From Squalus acanthias (Eukaryota), in contig CM059432.1 in NCBI GenBank assembly GCA_030390025.1, positions 16,742,001-16,806,000 on the forward strand: DNA of 64,000 nucleotides. Reading direction: 5' to 3'. The notes beneath the pieces were generated by a model. It worked only from the letters and a program-made list of their open reading frames with translations. It had not been told where the DNA came from and did not search any database. Below, one piece after another: positions 25,527 through 39,322 of the stretch (positions are counted from its first letter, which is position 1; every line of letters begins with the position of its first letter). Made by a program: the position numbers and the translations under genes.

Positions 25527-26225
25527 GGCTCGGATTTTGCGGTCAGTGGCGAAGGGATGTCGCTCGCCGCTGACTTCGAAAAAAGCTGCCTATAAAGATT
25601 TAGCGGGCTCTCGAGCATAGATTTCCTCTATTCTGACCTCACTTTGAATTTGGTGCCACATATAGGCGATATGTGGCATCCAGCAACAGGGCAAACAACA
25701 GGCAGGCTGATCAGCCAATCAGATTGAAGAATTCTCACAGACAGCAAAGCAGGAGGTAAAAAGCATGGAATATAATTCACATTTTAATAATTGTACGGAA
25801 AACAAAATAAAGATTGGGACATACACATGAGATTAAGGGAGAAGCTGAAATATCAAAAACTTAAAAAAAAATTACTTTTATTATTTTAAAAATCATGCAA
25901 TTTTTAAATGTTCTTCTGAGGGAATGAGACTCCACACTTGTAAAATTAGTTTTTTGGGGCCAGAAAGGTTGTTCAGCTGTAATTATGACTTAGTACGGCA
26001 TTAAAAACTGTTACTCCTGATTGACCAAGGCTTAAACATTTTCATTGGTTTTTACAGAAAGAATAGTGCGTAAAAAGTTGAAATTCACGTCAAATCAGTG
26101 ATTCTGTGTTGATTGCATCTGCGAAGACGACAACAGTGCAACCTGTGGAGGAGCAGGGTATCACTGACAGAAACTTCTGGATTTCCACGTTTAACTGCGT
26201 AAGTGCGGACACCAGAACTAGTTGC
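25527..26225. mobile_element. Harbinger-like MITE, right end lost
   Basis: Left TIR ggctcggattttgcggtca complements the right terminus of the 2183-2880 copy; bodies align. Confidence 0.7.
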
Positions 26226-26541
26226 ACATGCATTCTACTGCCAGTAACAGTTTAATACTTGGTCAGAAGACCGACACAGTGTGATGGGGGTTTAAGTTGC
26301 AACAGTCAGAAGTTTTGCTGAATGCTGCAGTTATGTCTTATTTTCAGCAGCAGGCAGCAGCGTCAGCACTTCTGTGCGGTAGGGTAGTCGGCCCTGATGA
26401 GAATTTGGGCAATGGAAAAAATTTGGTTGAATTTCTTTGGTCCATTTTCTTGATATGGCTTTAACACTGCTTCATAGGCAGCAAGTAACATTGAGAATTT
26501 TTATGCAACACTTCACACTCAATCTGCTCCTTTTCATGCCC

Positions 26542-26583
26542 AACACATACATATATACATACACACACAAATAAATATATATA

Positions 26584-26616
<33 letters not shown>

Positions 26617-26657
26617 TATTTATATATTATATAAAATATGTATAAAAACACACACAG
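26542..26657. repeat. Compound (CA)/(TA)/poly-T simple repeat
   Basis: Directly visible. Confidence 0.9.
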
Positions 26658-27869
26658 AACATGCTTCAGATTCATTTCAGTTTTCTCAATGCAAGGCTTC
26701 CATGTCTTGATATATTTGTGTCCTCATAACACTGAGGTGTGTCGATGTATCTCATGAAAGGTAGTCTCTTACAATTGTTGGCAAGTTGCAAAACAGAAAG
26801 GTCTGGACAATCTCATCATCTGCAACTGATAAATCTGTGCCTTACAGTTTGCTCCGCCGAATAAAATTTCATATTGCCAGGGTTGTTTTTTTTTTATCAT
26901 TTACCAACTAGCTGCCCTAGTTGCATCTAAAATAGACAAAGCCTGTGTTCCTTTTTTGGGGTTTTAAACTAGATATATTCCTTGCATTCAGCATCACTAT
27001 CCAGGGGGCGAACGAAGAATTCTCATCACTGTACTCTGGCTTACTGTATTATGTCATGTACCACCACATGATCTCCTCTGCTTTTGTAGGTGGATGAATA
27101 ACACCATCAGTTTGTGGTAATGGCTATGAATTACTAGACAAATGTATTGAACATATAAGCAGATAGAAGAACATACTCAGTACAAACAGCATATTTATAG
27201 TAATTACAAATTTTTACTAATTTGCTCAAAGTGGTAGAAGCAACAAAGATGCATTTCCTAAACTAACTCTCAACATCAGACTGACTGTCGAAACACTTCT
27301 AACATAGCGATTAATACTATGGAGCTCCATGAATAGGCTGGTACCCCGATGGCTTCAGTCTGACTAGAGAGCTGAGCACAGGCAGCTACAAATCGGTAGC
27401 TCCAGTCCTTATTCCTCTCAAACCGGATTTCGGTCTCCATAAATATCTATCAATTAAACCTATTACTTTAATAAGATTTCTAGGATGGTAATTGTATTGG
27501 ATGCTTGAATTGAACAGCTTGACTGGTTTTTGAAATATCTGTTGATCTGTTCCAGCCACTTAGATCAACCCATGATTACAGGAAATTAGTATCTCAAGCC
27601 AGCCACGAGGGGCACTGCTGGACAGAATAATACTTGTGGCTGTGTTCAAGAGGCATTGGCATATTAGACTGTCCTTTGTCCACAGGAACACGCGACTGAT
27701 GCATATTAATGCAATTGGCAAACCAGACCATAAAGTATATTTTCTACAGCTGCTAATCTGTAAGATTCTATGATATAACAGCAGTGAGATACAAAAAAAG
27801 TCAGAAATGACAGCTAAAGAATGTGTAGAACAGCTAAATAAAATGCTTCTTGTACTAGGATAACATAGT

Positions 27870-28900
27870 TCCAATTTTTAAAAAGGGTGATAAGGCAGAA
27901 CTTTCAACCATAGGCCTATTAGCTTGACTTCAGTAATAGGCAAGATTCTCGAAGGTTAACATTGGAGCTGCTCGATATGACCACAGAGACGGAGATGGCC
28001 TCATCAGGAACACCTGACACAGGCTTCCGGAAAAGAAAGTTGTGACTTACAAATTTGATGAATTTTTTGAACTCACTAGGTTAGTGGATGAAGGTAATTA
28101 TTGGCAATCTGCTGCGGTGGATTGAAAATTTGCTGAATGCCCGTAGGCAGAAAGTTATAGTCAATGGATTTGGATTTACTTGGAGACCAGTTACCAGTGG
28201 TGTCCCACAGTGATTGCTGTTAGGATATTTGCTCTTAAAAATGACCTAGATGTAGGTGTTGGGGGAATGTTCCACAAGTTTGCAGAAGATACTAAGCTAT
28301 GTCCTAGTGTTAGGACTGTAGAGGATGGTCAACTCCTGCAAGCAGATCATGATCTGTTGGGGGCTGAGCCCATGCTTGGCAAATGATGTTTAACTTCGAA
28401 AAGTGTAGTGTTATGCACGTGGGCAAGTCAAAAGCTAAATATACATACACCCGACAAGGAACAGATTTGAAGTCAGTGCAGTGGAGAAAGGAAAAGATCT
28501 GTGTTATAGTACATTATTCTCTCAAGGTTCATGACCAATGGAGTGAAGTTATAGCTAAAGCAAATAGGCTTCTCGGTTGTATTCAAAAGGACAATTCACC
28601 ACAAAATAAAACTTATAATTTTGCACTTGTACAGGACCTTGGTTAGGCCTCAGTTACAATACTGTGTCCAGTTTTGGTCTCCTCACATGGTGAGGGATAC
28701 TGAAGCTTTGGATAGGTTCCAGAGGAGGGTCACAAGCTTGATTCTCAATTGAAAACACCGTAGCTGCCCAGACAGGATCAAAGAACTGGGTCTGTATACT
28801 TTAAAGAAGAGTACACTCGGAGCGATTTGATTGACGTTTCTAAAATAATGGAGAGAAGATTGTATTTACATGGAACAATTATTTCAACTGGATAAGTTAG
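27870..28900 (+). mobile_element. Old degraded CR1 LINE
   Basis: NDLDVGVGGMFHKFAEDTKL and FNFEKCSVMHVGK motifs. Confidence 0.8.
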
Positions 28901-29094
28901 CAGCATTGCCAACCCCATCACCTCATAAATCAGGAGACAAACTCTTAGAAATCATGAGATTTGGTATCGAAATCATGAGTTGCTAGCTTTATCCCGACCC
29001 AACTCCTTGCTGACCTTCGCTCTCAGACAGGAAGCGCATTCCGCGACGTTTGCTCCCGGTCAAGAAGCGCTTTCGTCCGTCACTAACCGATTAC

Positions 29095-29620
29095 TGACAT
29101 GAGGTGCCCTCATGGCTACAGCGTGCAGTCAATGACAGCCTGCACTCCCAGAAAGCCTGCTATTGCAGAAAGCCGAGAGCCCTTTCTGGCTGACTTCTGA
29201 TGTCCATGAGGAATGTAATATCTTCCTTGCCAGGGCCAACAATTACATCAGTGACCTGTTTGATGCAGGCACTGACAGAAGATCACCTTATGTTACTTGT
29301 GACACCTGATGCAACCTGGAATGAGCCCAAGGCAAAAAAAGATAAAGGCCATAGTCAATGCATGGCCAGCTGGGAGAGTGGGCTGCAGGTCTTGTTGCAA
29401 GTGGTTGAACAGGTCTGTGACAGCTTCTTTGGAAAAGCGCAGCCTCCTGATGCACTCCTCTTCAGAAAATTGGCAGTAACTCACGGTGGGCCAATAGACC
29501 CTATGTACTGGGTAAGGATGCCTGCAAACAGCCCTCCTCATGTGTGATCTCCTGCGAGGCCCAACTGCAGCACTTTGAGGTTCCCCACCTTGCTGCTCCT
29601 CTTCCTCCAAGCACACTGGA
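29095..29620 (-). pseudogene. PIF/Harbinger (HARBI1-like) DDE transposase fragment, frameshifted
   Basis: SEEECIRRLRFSKEAVTDL...DLQP...HAL, then ASGSFQ in another frame, then AGFLGVQAVIDCT..VAMRAP at about 29100-29165, matching the GFPxVxGAIDCTH first-Asp motif. Confidence 0.82.
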
Positions 29621-29837
29621 GTACCCAGGATGTTTCTTATCTTGAGCCCTGTACTTCTTGAGGGTATAGAAACAGAGTAATAGCGAAATATAGCAAATTC
29701 CAATGCAAAGACTCGTGAAGAAATCCAGTCAGGTCAGTTGCACGTGGATACCAATGATCTGAGTGTCCCTTCAATACCAGCTCTAAATGACGTTTCATGC
29801 CTGTACCGTCTAATAGTACTGGGTTGAGCACACCATC

Positions 29838-31003
29838 CTCCTCCAACGCCTCTCCTCTATCGTCCAGGGACTGCCCTCGCCTGGTTCCATTCTTATCTAT
29901 CCAGTCATAGCCAGAGAATCAATGGCTTCTCTTCCCACTCCCGCACCGTTATATCTGGAGTCCCCAAACATCAATCCTTGGCGCCCTCCTATTTCTCATC
30001 CACATGCTGCCCCTCGGCGACATCATCTGAAAACACGTCAGGTTCCACATGTACGCTGACGACACCCAGCTCTAGCTCACCACTATCTCGCTCGACCCTT
30101 CCACTGTCTCTAATTTGTCACACTGCTTGTCCAACATCCAGTACTGGATGAGCAGAAATTTCCTCCAACTAAATATTGGGAAGACCGAAGCCATTATGTT
30201 CGGTCCCTGCCACAAACTCCTTTCCCTAGCCACCAACACCATCCCTCTCCCTAGCAAATGTCTGAGACGGAACCAGACCGTTCGCAACCTTGGTGTCGTA
30301 TATGACCCCTAGATGAGCTTCCAACTACATATCCACTCCATCACCAAGACTGCCTGCATCCACTTCCGTAACATCACCCGACTCCGCCCCTGCTTTAGCT
30401 CACCTACTGCTGAAACCCTCATCCTTGCCTTTGTTACCTCTAGACTTGACTATTCCAATGCTCTCCTGGCCGGTCTCCCATTTCCCACCCTCCATAAACT
30501 TGAGCTCATCCAAAACTCTGCTGCTCGTATCCTAACTCGTACCAAGTCCGGTTCACCCATCACCCCTGTACTCGCTGGCCTACATTGGCTCCCTGTCCAG
30601 CAACGCCTCTATTTTAACATTCTCATCCTTGATTTCAAATCCCTCCATGGCCTCGCCCCTCCCTATTACTGTAACCCCCTCCAGCCCTACAACCCTCAGA
30701 TCTCCACACTCCTCCAATTCTGACCTCTTATGCATCCCCAATGATGATCACTCCACCATTGGCGGCCATGCCTTCAGCTGCCTAGGCCCGAAGCTCTGGA
30801 ATTCCCTCCCCAAACCTTTCTGCCTCTCTACCTCTCTTTCCTCCTTTAAGACACTCCTCAAATCTACCTCTTTGACCAAGCTTCTGGTCACCTGTTTTAA
30901 TATCTCTATGCGGCTGGGTGTAAAATTTTGTTTGATAACACTCCTGTGAAGCGCCTTGGGATGTTTGACTTCATTAAAGGCGCTATATAAATGCAAGTTG
31001 TTG
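29838..31003 (+). mobile_element. L2 LINE 3' part
   Basis: HMYADDTQL, LQLNIGKTEAI and FVTSRLDYSNALL motifs; L2 tail. Confidence 0.92.
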
Positions 31004-31118
31004 ACTGCAAACCAAAGTCACCATAGATCATAGTGGCTTTATATCTTCATGATTTGATTCGTTTGTAATTCTTACACTGTATCCATTATATTCTGTATAA
31101 TTTGAAACAGTTTCTTAC

Positions 31119-31285
31119 CTCCATTCCTCCGCAGGATGATGCTGTTCAAACTTTTCACGCACATGTGAAACGCCCATATCCGGATGCAGCCAGTGGACCT
31201 CTTCTGAATGCATATGGCTAAGTCGAATTCCAAAGCATGCGACGTTCTTAACTTTGTGCGAGTCTACAATCTTCTGAATAATACC
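31119..31285 (-). CDS. PTK2: PTK2/FAK second coding exon (FERM domain, 167 nt)
   Basis: Translates GIIQKIVDSHKVKNVACFGIRLSHMHSEEVHWLHPDMGVSHVREKFEQHHPAEEW(R), continuing FAK directly after DATDVR. Acceptor tttcag|GGT and donor AG|gtaag; phase matches the upstream exon. Confidence 0.97.
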
Positions 31286-31414
31286 CTGAAACATGACATA
31301 GATGTGCAATTAGATTGAATTATCCAAAATAGCCAAAAAAATCTGACAACAGCTGTAACTGTCTAGCTTACATACCAATTTTGAAATCAACTCATTCAAG
31401 TTTCTGCCAAATAT

Positions 31415-31838
31415 ACTTATCAGAAAAGGCTGAACAGGTTGGGGCTCTTTTCTCTAGAAAAGGGAAGGCTGAGGGGTGACCTAATAGAGGTCTTTAAATT
31501 TATGATGGGGTTTGATAGGGTAGACAGAGAAGATGTTTCCACTTGTGGGGGTGACAAAAACTAGGGGCCATAAATATAAGATAGTCACCAATAAATCCAA
31601 TCAGGAATTCAGGAGAAGCTTCTTCACCTAAAAAGAGTGGTAAGAATGTAGTAGTTGAGGCGTATAGCATAAATACATTTAAGGGGAAGCTAGATAAGCA
31701 CATGAGGAAGAAAGGAATAGAAGGATATACTAATACGGTTAGCTGCAGAGGGGTGGGAGGAGGCTCGTGTAGAGCATAAACGCCGGCATAGACCAGTTGG
31801 GACAAATGACCCGTTTCTGTGCTGTAGATTCTATGCAA
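31415..31838 (+). mobile_element. CR1 3' end
   Basis: Near-copy of 8630-9050. Confidence 0.85.
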
Positions 31839-32751
31839 GAGTAAGTGGGTGACGCACCCAAACAGGCAATAGGTTTGCGTATGCACTGAAATGCTCTGCC
31901 ATTTTTGCATCGTTTCTTTCTCTGATGAACTGGAAACTCAAAGTTTGATTGGAACATAATTTAAATTGGTCGTGGGACCTTTCCAAATCTTGCCCACTTT
32001 TAAGGCAGGCTTTAAAGCGGTTGCTACACAAGCTCTGTTGCACTTCAGTAGCTACTTCATTGTTGTTGTCTTCACTAGCTTTAGCTCAGAAAATGCTTCT
32101 CAAAAGTTTGTATTAACTGTATTTCCATCCAACCTTACTGGAGCTTTTTCTTGGGTGAGAGCAAAACATTGCATCAGATATTCAACAGGTCAGTTTGTTT
32201 CATGTCTGATTTACTACTACCTTTGTAGTGCTTGTAATTTCACAGAATGCTTCTTCAATATTGACTGGCCAGTTACCGAGAGCCTTGAAAGTTAGTAACA
32301 GCCACGTTCTAATTTTGAGCATCACTGATGATATCCTGCCTGCTAAATGGCTGTTTTTTTCTGCAGTCTAGAAAATCTAGGTGCTATTTACTAACTGACA
32401 CTTCATAGAACACATACTGTACAAAATAAAAACAAGAGAAATAGCTTTCAAGAGTAGCAGTGGAATTAAAGGTTTTAAACATTACTGCTACACTAACTTT
32501 ACTCTCCTGATTTAGAGGATCCGAGTACCTTGTTTTAGTTCCTATTTACAAACTTCCTCCTGTGTATTATTTTATATGTATTTTACAAAAGCATAGAATT
32601 AGATCGCAGTTTTGTTCATCTGCTTTTATTCAGAATGTATCATGCTGAAGTAAGAGTTCACCTTTTTTAATCAATCAACTGTTGCATGAAGCTAGATTAA
32701 ATCCCACAAGTTCAATAGATTCAAGTTCATAGCACAGAAACAACATTTGTA

Positions 32752-32850
32752 GAACATAGGAATTGCTGGATTAAAAAAGGCCAGAGTCTATCTAGTTGAC
32801 CTTCTACCATCCTGGTGGTCACATGATACAATGATAGTGGAGTTGTCGAC
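32752..32850 (-). mobile_element. 3' tail of an old CR1-like family (longer copy at 42930-43320)
   Basis: gaacataggaatt(g/a)ctggat..aaaa start and following sequence are shared between the two loci. Confidence 0.5.
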
Positions 32851-32949
32851 TTAAAAAAAGTTTTTCTCCAATATGTCCATCAGTTGCCTGTTAATGTTCA
32901 GACTATGAAGAATAATGAGGTAAAAGTAATTAGTTATGGTAATTTTAAA

Positions 32950-33270
32950 AAAATTCTCTCTCGGGATATGGGTGCCGCTTGCAACGCCAGCATTTATTGC
33001 CTATCCCTTGTTGCCCTCGAGAAGGTGGTGATAGGCCTTCTTCTTGAAGCTCTTCAGTCCTTGTGGTGACGGTACTTCCCACAGTGCCGTTAGGTAGGCA
33101 GTTCAAGGATTCTGACCCAGCAACGATGAAAGAAATGTGATATATGTCCAAGTCGGGTTGGTGTGGGACTTGGAGGTGATTGGGTTCCCATGCACCTGCT
33201 GCCCATGTCCTTCTCGGTGGTGGAGGTCACAGGTTTTGAAAAGAATTTGGGAGGTGCTGTCGAAGAAAAT
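32950..33270 (-). mobile_element. 3' end of the second CR1-group LINE family
   Basis: Aligns with 19330-19650. Confidence 0.8.
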
Positions 33271-34002
33271 TGGAACCTTCCACAAGAATGTTCATACGTA
33301 TATTGTGTTACATTAAGATATAACCAGAATCTAATGTTTTCCATGAGCCACCAATCTATTACAGCACTCAGTGTTTCTGATTTCCCTGTTCTCTTATTCT
33401 TCAGGTTCCCAAACCAGTTAAGCTTTACCAGGGGCCATCCAGGTAAGTCACTATCACTTGAAGGTGGTCAAACATAGCTTGGATTCCCTTGGGCTTTCCT
33501 TTTTCTCTCTTCCGGAAAGTGCTGTACCTCCATCTGGCACTTTTGCCAGTGTAATGGTGCTAAAGTTTACGAGCTGCTTTGTTTCTTGTGGAATAGATCC
33601 TCAAATTCAATTGATCCCTGCTAACAATGTGAGCAATGACACCACATAATCAACTCAAATCCATCAGAATACAATCTGGAATGCGACACTCAAATACATT
33701 TTTCAGGGATCCATCCATCAAAATAATTTGTAACACTTAAAAATATAAACAGCACAAAACCATAACTGCGACTATTTATAACATATCTGGTTTGTTCCTA
33801 CTGTGATCATTATAAACCATAACTAGACAAGAGCAAAAAAAAGTAAAACTAACCTTGAGATTGGACAAAAAGATTGAATATTTAATGTTAAGGAAAATTC
33901 TAAAATAAAATACTAAACTCAACTCGGGCAAGAATGACCTCCTACTGTGTTAACATTTCTAAGTTCTATATTTGAAAATATTCACAAACATACATTAATG
34001 GT

Positions 34003-34173
34003 ATTAAGGGGAGGCTAGATAAGCATGAGGGAGAAGGGAATAGAGGGTTATGCTGATAAGAGTTAGATGAGGAAAGACGGGAGGAGGCTCGAGTGGAGCA
34101 TAAACGCCAGCATGGACTGGTTGGACCGAATGGCCTGTTTCTGTGCCGTATATCCTATGCAATCCTATGTAAT
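34003..34173 (+). mobile_element. CR1 3'UTR fragment
   Basis: Near-identical to 8893-9060. Confidence 0.85.
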
Positions 34174-34396
34174 TATGCTGTTGAAAACCACATGTAAACT
34201 GACATGTGACTTTTATGTACTCATTCATAAAAAGTTTCCATCCAACTCATTTGTTTTAATGTGTGTTACATGCTTCAGCATGTTCCCTCTCTACTACTTT
34301 AAATAAAACTCTGGGCAATAAGAAATCTTTCAAACTTGGCCGTTTATCAAGCATGATTGGAAAACTTAACTTTGTATGCTGACAATTTCAAGGAAA

Positions 34397-37300
34397 GAAC
34401 ATAAGAAATAGGAGCAGGAGTAGGCCATTCAGCCCTTCGAGCCTGCTCCACCATTCAATAAGATCATGACTGATCTTCGACCTCAACTCCACCTTCCCAC
34501 CTGATCCCCATTTCCCTTAATATCCAAAAATCTATCGCTCTGTCTTGAATATACTCAGCAACTTAGCATCCACAGCCTCTGGGGTAGAGAATTCACAACC
34601 CTTTGAGTGAAGAAATTTCTCCGCATCTCATTGAATTTTATACGTTTCAATGAGATCATAAGAACATAAGTAGGAGCAGGAGGAGGCCATATGGCCCCTC
34701 GGGCCTGCTCCGCCATTCAATAGGATCATGGCTGATCCGAACCGAGACTCATGTCCACTTCCCTGCCCGCTCCCCATAACCCTTAATTCCCTTATCAGCT
34801 AGGAAACTGTCTATCTCCGTTTTAAATTTATTTAATGTCGCAGCTTCCACAGCTCTGAGGTAGCAAATTCCATAGATTTACTACCCTCTGAGTGAAGAAG
34901 TTTCTCCTCATCTCAGTTTTGAAATGGCAGCCCCTTATTCTAAGATTATGCCCCCTAATTCCAGTCTCACCCATCAGTGGAAACATCCTCCCCGCATCCA
35001 CCCGATCAAGCCCTCTCACAATCTTATATGTTTTGATAAGATCGCCTCTCATTTTTCTGTATTCCAATGAGTAGAGGCCCAACCTACTCAACCTTTCCTC
35101 ATAAGTCAACCCCCTCATCTCCGGAATCAACCGAGTGAACCTTCTCTGAACTGCCTCGAGAGCAAGTATATCTTTTCTTAAATATGGAAACCAAAACTGT
35201 ACGCAGTACTCCAGGTGTGGCCTCACCAGTACCCTGTATAGCTGAAGCAAGACTTCCCTGCTTTTATACTCCATCCCCCTTGCAATAAAAGCCAAGATTC
35301 CATTGGCCTTCCTGATCACCTGCTGTACCTGCATACTAACCTGTGTTTCATGCACCAGGACCCCCAGATCCCTTTGTACTGTAGCACTTTGCAGTTTCTT
35401 TCCATTTAGATAATAACTTGCTCTTTGATTTTTTCTGCCAAAGTGCATAACCTCACACTTTCCAACATTATGTTCCATCTGCCAAATTTCTGCCCACTCA
35501 CTTAGCCTGTCTATGTCCTTTTGCAGGTTTTTTATGTCCTCCTCACTCACTGCTTTCCCTCCCATCTTTGTATCGTCTGCAAACTTGGATACGTTGCACT
35601 TGGTCCCCTCCTCCAAATCATTAATATAGATTGTAAAGAGTTGGGGTCCCAGCACTGACCCCTGCGGAACACCACTAGTTACTGATTGCCAACCCGATAA
35701 TGAACCATTTATCCTTTAGATTAATTAACTAACCATTAGATCACCTCTCATTCTACTAAACTCTAGGGAATATAGGCCTAGTCTACTAAATCTCTCCTCA
35801 TAGGACAATCCTCCCATCCCAGGAATCAGTCTAGTGAACCTTTGTTGCACTCCCACTAAGGCAAGTATATCCTTCCTTAAGTAAAGAGACAAAAACTGTA
35901 CACAATATTCCAGGTGTGGTCAAACCAAAGCCCTATATAATTGCAAAGATTTATTTACTCTTATACACTAATCCTTTTGTAATAAAGGCTAACATACCAT
36001 TTGCTTTCCTAACTGCTTGCTGTACCTGCATGTTAACTTTGTGATTCGTGTACAAGGATACCCAGGTCCCTCTGAATATCCACATTTCCCAGTCTCTCAC
36101 CATTTAAAAAATATTCTGCTTTTCTATTTTTCCGACCAAAGTGGATAACTTCACATTTCTCCACATTATATTCCATCCATGTTCATGACCACTCACTTAA
36201 ACTGTCTATATCCCTTTGCAACCTCCTCACAACTTACTTTCCCGCCTAGCTTTATATAGTCAGCAAACTTGGATACACTGCACGCGGTCCCCTCATCTAA
36301 GTCATTAATGTAGATTGTAAATAGCTGAGGCCCCTTGCGGTACCCCATTAGTTACAGCCTGCCAACTCGAAAATTACCCGTTTATTCCTACTCCCTGCTT
36401 TCTGTCCATTAACCAATCCCGTGAGCTCTAATTTTCTGTAATAACCTCTTGTGTGGCACCTTATTGAATATTTTTTTGAAAATCCAAATACACTACATCC
36501 ACTGGTTCCCCCTTATCTACTCTGCTAGTTACAACCTCAAAAAACTGTAACAGATTTGTCAGACACGATTTCTCTTTCATAAATCCGTGTTGACTCTGCC
36601 CAATCCTGTAATATTCCAAGTGCCCTGTTACCACGTCCCTAATAATAGATCCTAGCATTTTCCATACTACTGATGTCAGGCTAACTGGTCTATAGTTTGC
36701 AGTTTTCTCTCTCCCTCCTTTCTTGAATAGCGGGGTACATTTGCTTCCTTCCAATCTGCAGGAACCGTTCTAGAATCTAGGGAATTCTGGAAGATCAAAA
36801 CCAATGCATCCACTATCTTTGCATGTAGGATGTAGGCCATCAGGTCCAGGGGATTTGTTGGCTTTTAGTCCCATTAATTTCCCCAGTACAATTTCTTTAC
36901 CAATACTCATTTCTCACTAGACCCTTGGTTCCCCACTATTTCCGCTATGTTTTTTGTCTCTTCATCCGTGAAGACAGATACAAAATATTTGTTTAATATC
37001 TCTGCCATTTCCTTATTCCCCATTATAATTTCTCCTGTCTTTGCCTGTAAGGGACCCACATTTACTTTAGCTAATCTCTTCCTTTTTACATACCTATAGA
37101 AGCTTTTACAATCTGTTTTATGTCTCTTGCTAGTTTACTCTCATATTCTCTCTTCTCTCTCTATCAATTTCTTGGTCCTCCTTTGCTAAATTCTAAAATC
37201 CTCCCATATCCTCAGGCTTACTACTCTTCTTGGCAACATTATAGGCCTCTTCTTTTAATTTAATTCTATCTTTAACTTGTCTTGTTAGCCACTGTTGGAC

Positions 37301-37735
37301 CAATTTGTCCATGGGGTTTTTATTCCTTAAGGGAATGTATATTTGTTGCGAATTATGAATTGTTTCTTTAAATGTTTGTCATTGCTCAAGTACCATCATA
37401 TCTTTTCATCTAGTTTCCCAATCTACCTTAGCCAACTCACCCCTCATACCTACGTAGTTTGTTTTGTTCAGATTTAAGACCCTAGTTTCGGACTTAACTA
37501 AATCACTTTCAAACTCAATATAAAATTCTATCATATTATCATCACTCTTTCCCAGAGGCTCCTTTACTACAAGGTTATTAATTAACCTTATCTCGTTGCA
37601 CAATACTAGATAAAAAATAGCCTGTTCCCTAGTTGGTTCCTCGACATACTGATCTAGCGAATTATCTTGAATACATTCCATCCTCTGCACTATTACTGCA
37701 ATTTAGTTTGCCCAGTCTATATGAAAATTAAATCT
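34397..37735 (-). mobile_element. Long degraded CR1 LINE hosting a younger CR1
   Basis: NYRPVSLTSVV, QSQHGFMKEKSCLTNL and EPTREQAI motifs; colinear with 61518-64000. Confidence 0.9.
34659..35715 (-). mobile_element. Younger CR1 3' part nested in a CR1
   Basis: ORF 34828-35655 (275 aa) with RT C-terminal motifs; own tail; host resumes at agatca. Confidence 0.9.
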
Positions 37736-37830
37736 ATTAGGGGCGTGATAACAGGGCATTTAGAAAATCATAATATGATTGGGTAGAGTCAAGAACGAGT
37801 AGAAATGTTAAGAGCAGCACACAATGAGAT

Positions 37831-38590
37831 CAACAATAACTTGTAATTATATAGTGCCTTTAACGCTTCATAGGAGTATTAAGAGACGAAAAAGAATTTG
37901 ACACCAAGCCAGATAAGGAGAAATTAGGGCAGATGACCAAAAGCTTGATCAAAGAGGTAGGTTTAAGGAGCGTCTTAAAAGAGGAGAGGTAGAGAAGCGG
38001 AGAGGTTTAGGGAGGGAATTCCAGAGCTTAGGGCCTACGCAACAGAAGGCACGGCCACCAATGGTTGTGCGATTATAAACAGGGATGCTCAAGAGGGCAG
38101 AATTAGAGGAAAGCAGATATCTTGGGGGATTGTGGGGCTGGTGGAGATTACAGAGATAGGGAGGGGTGAAGTCATGGAGGGATTTGAAAACAAGGATGAG
38201 AATTTTAAAATCAAAGCGTTGCTTAACTGGGAGCCAATGTAGGTCAGCGAGCATAGCAGTGATGGGTGAACGGGACGGTGCGAGTTAGGACACGGGCAGC
38301 CGAGTTTTGGATGACCTCAAGTTTGCGTAGGGTAGAACGTGGGAGGCCAGCCATGAGTGCGTTGGAATAGTCAAGTCTAGAGGTAACAAAAGGCATGGAT
38401 GAGGGTTTCAGCAGCGGATGAGTATGGCGGGGCGGAGACAGGCGATGTTACGGAGGTGGAAATAGGTGGCCTTAGTTATGCTGCGGATATATGGTCGGAT
38501 GCTCATTTCAGGGTCAAATATGACACCAAGGTTGCGAACAGTGTGGTTCAGCCTCAGACAGATGTTAGGGAGAGGGATGGAGTCAGTGGT
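37831..38590 (-). mobile_element. L2 LINE 3' part
   Basis: LADLHWLPVKQRFDFKIL motif; L2 tail. Confidence 0.9.
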
Positions 38591-38934
38591 CAAACTATAT
38601 CCAAGTGTTTCAGGAATTACATTTTGTGAAAGATTTATGTGAATGTTTAGTGTGAAAACATTTCATGATCGAATTGCTACACAGTCCACATTTTTAGAGA
38701 CAGCATCTTACCATAGAAGTGGAAATTTGACTGACCATGAAAAGCATCAATTAAAAAAAAGGACTTCATCTTCAGTTAAACACACTACCTATATCTTATT
38801 TAACAGGAAGTTCTGTACAAGATTAAATGTATTCAACAATAACATTAAATAACACATTACCCAACACTCAGTATTTGCTGTACAAAGTTAATAGGTTATC
38901 TTCCCTCCCTCTCTATAGTTAATCAGTGACTATC

Positions 38935-39322
38935 AAACAAAGACTTTTTCATTCAGATCACCTGCGCAGGGCATCTTAAACGCTTCAGTCAATGAATTTC
39001 TTTTCAAGTGTACTTGTTGTATGCAGGCAAACAGACAGTTAACTAGCACACAGCAAGGTCCCACAAACAGCAAAAACTAGATAAATGACCAGATATCTGT
39101 TCTTGGTGGTTCTGGTTGAGAGAGAAATGCTGCCTTGCCCTTCTTGAACAAACAGACTCAGTTTAACATCTCTTCCAGAAGACAGCAGCTCTAACACTGC
39201 AGCACTCGCTCAATGCTGCATTTAAGTATCAGCCGATATTATGTGCTTAAGTCCCGGCGTGAGGTTTGAACCCACAACCTTCTGTCCTAGGAGGCAAGAA
39301 TGCTACCAACTGAGCCAAGCTC
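38935..39322 (-). mobile_element. tRNA-derived Deu-type SINE
   Basis: Minus-strand A box tggctcagttggtag and B box ggttcaaacc. Confidence 0.7.

Noticed and set aside
26995..27012. CTCF-like ccagggggcg
   Set aside because: Only a partial match, with no supporting evidence.
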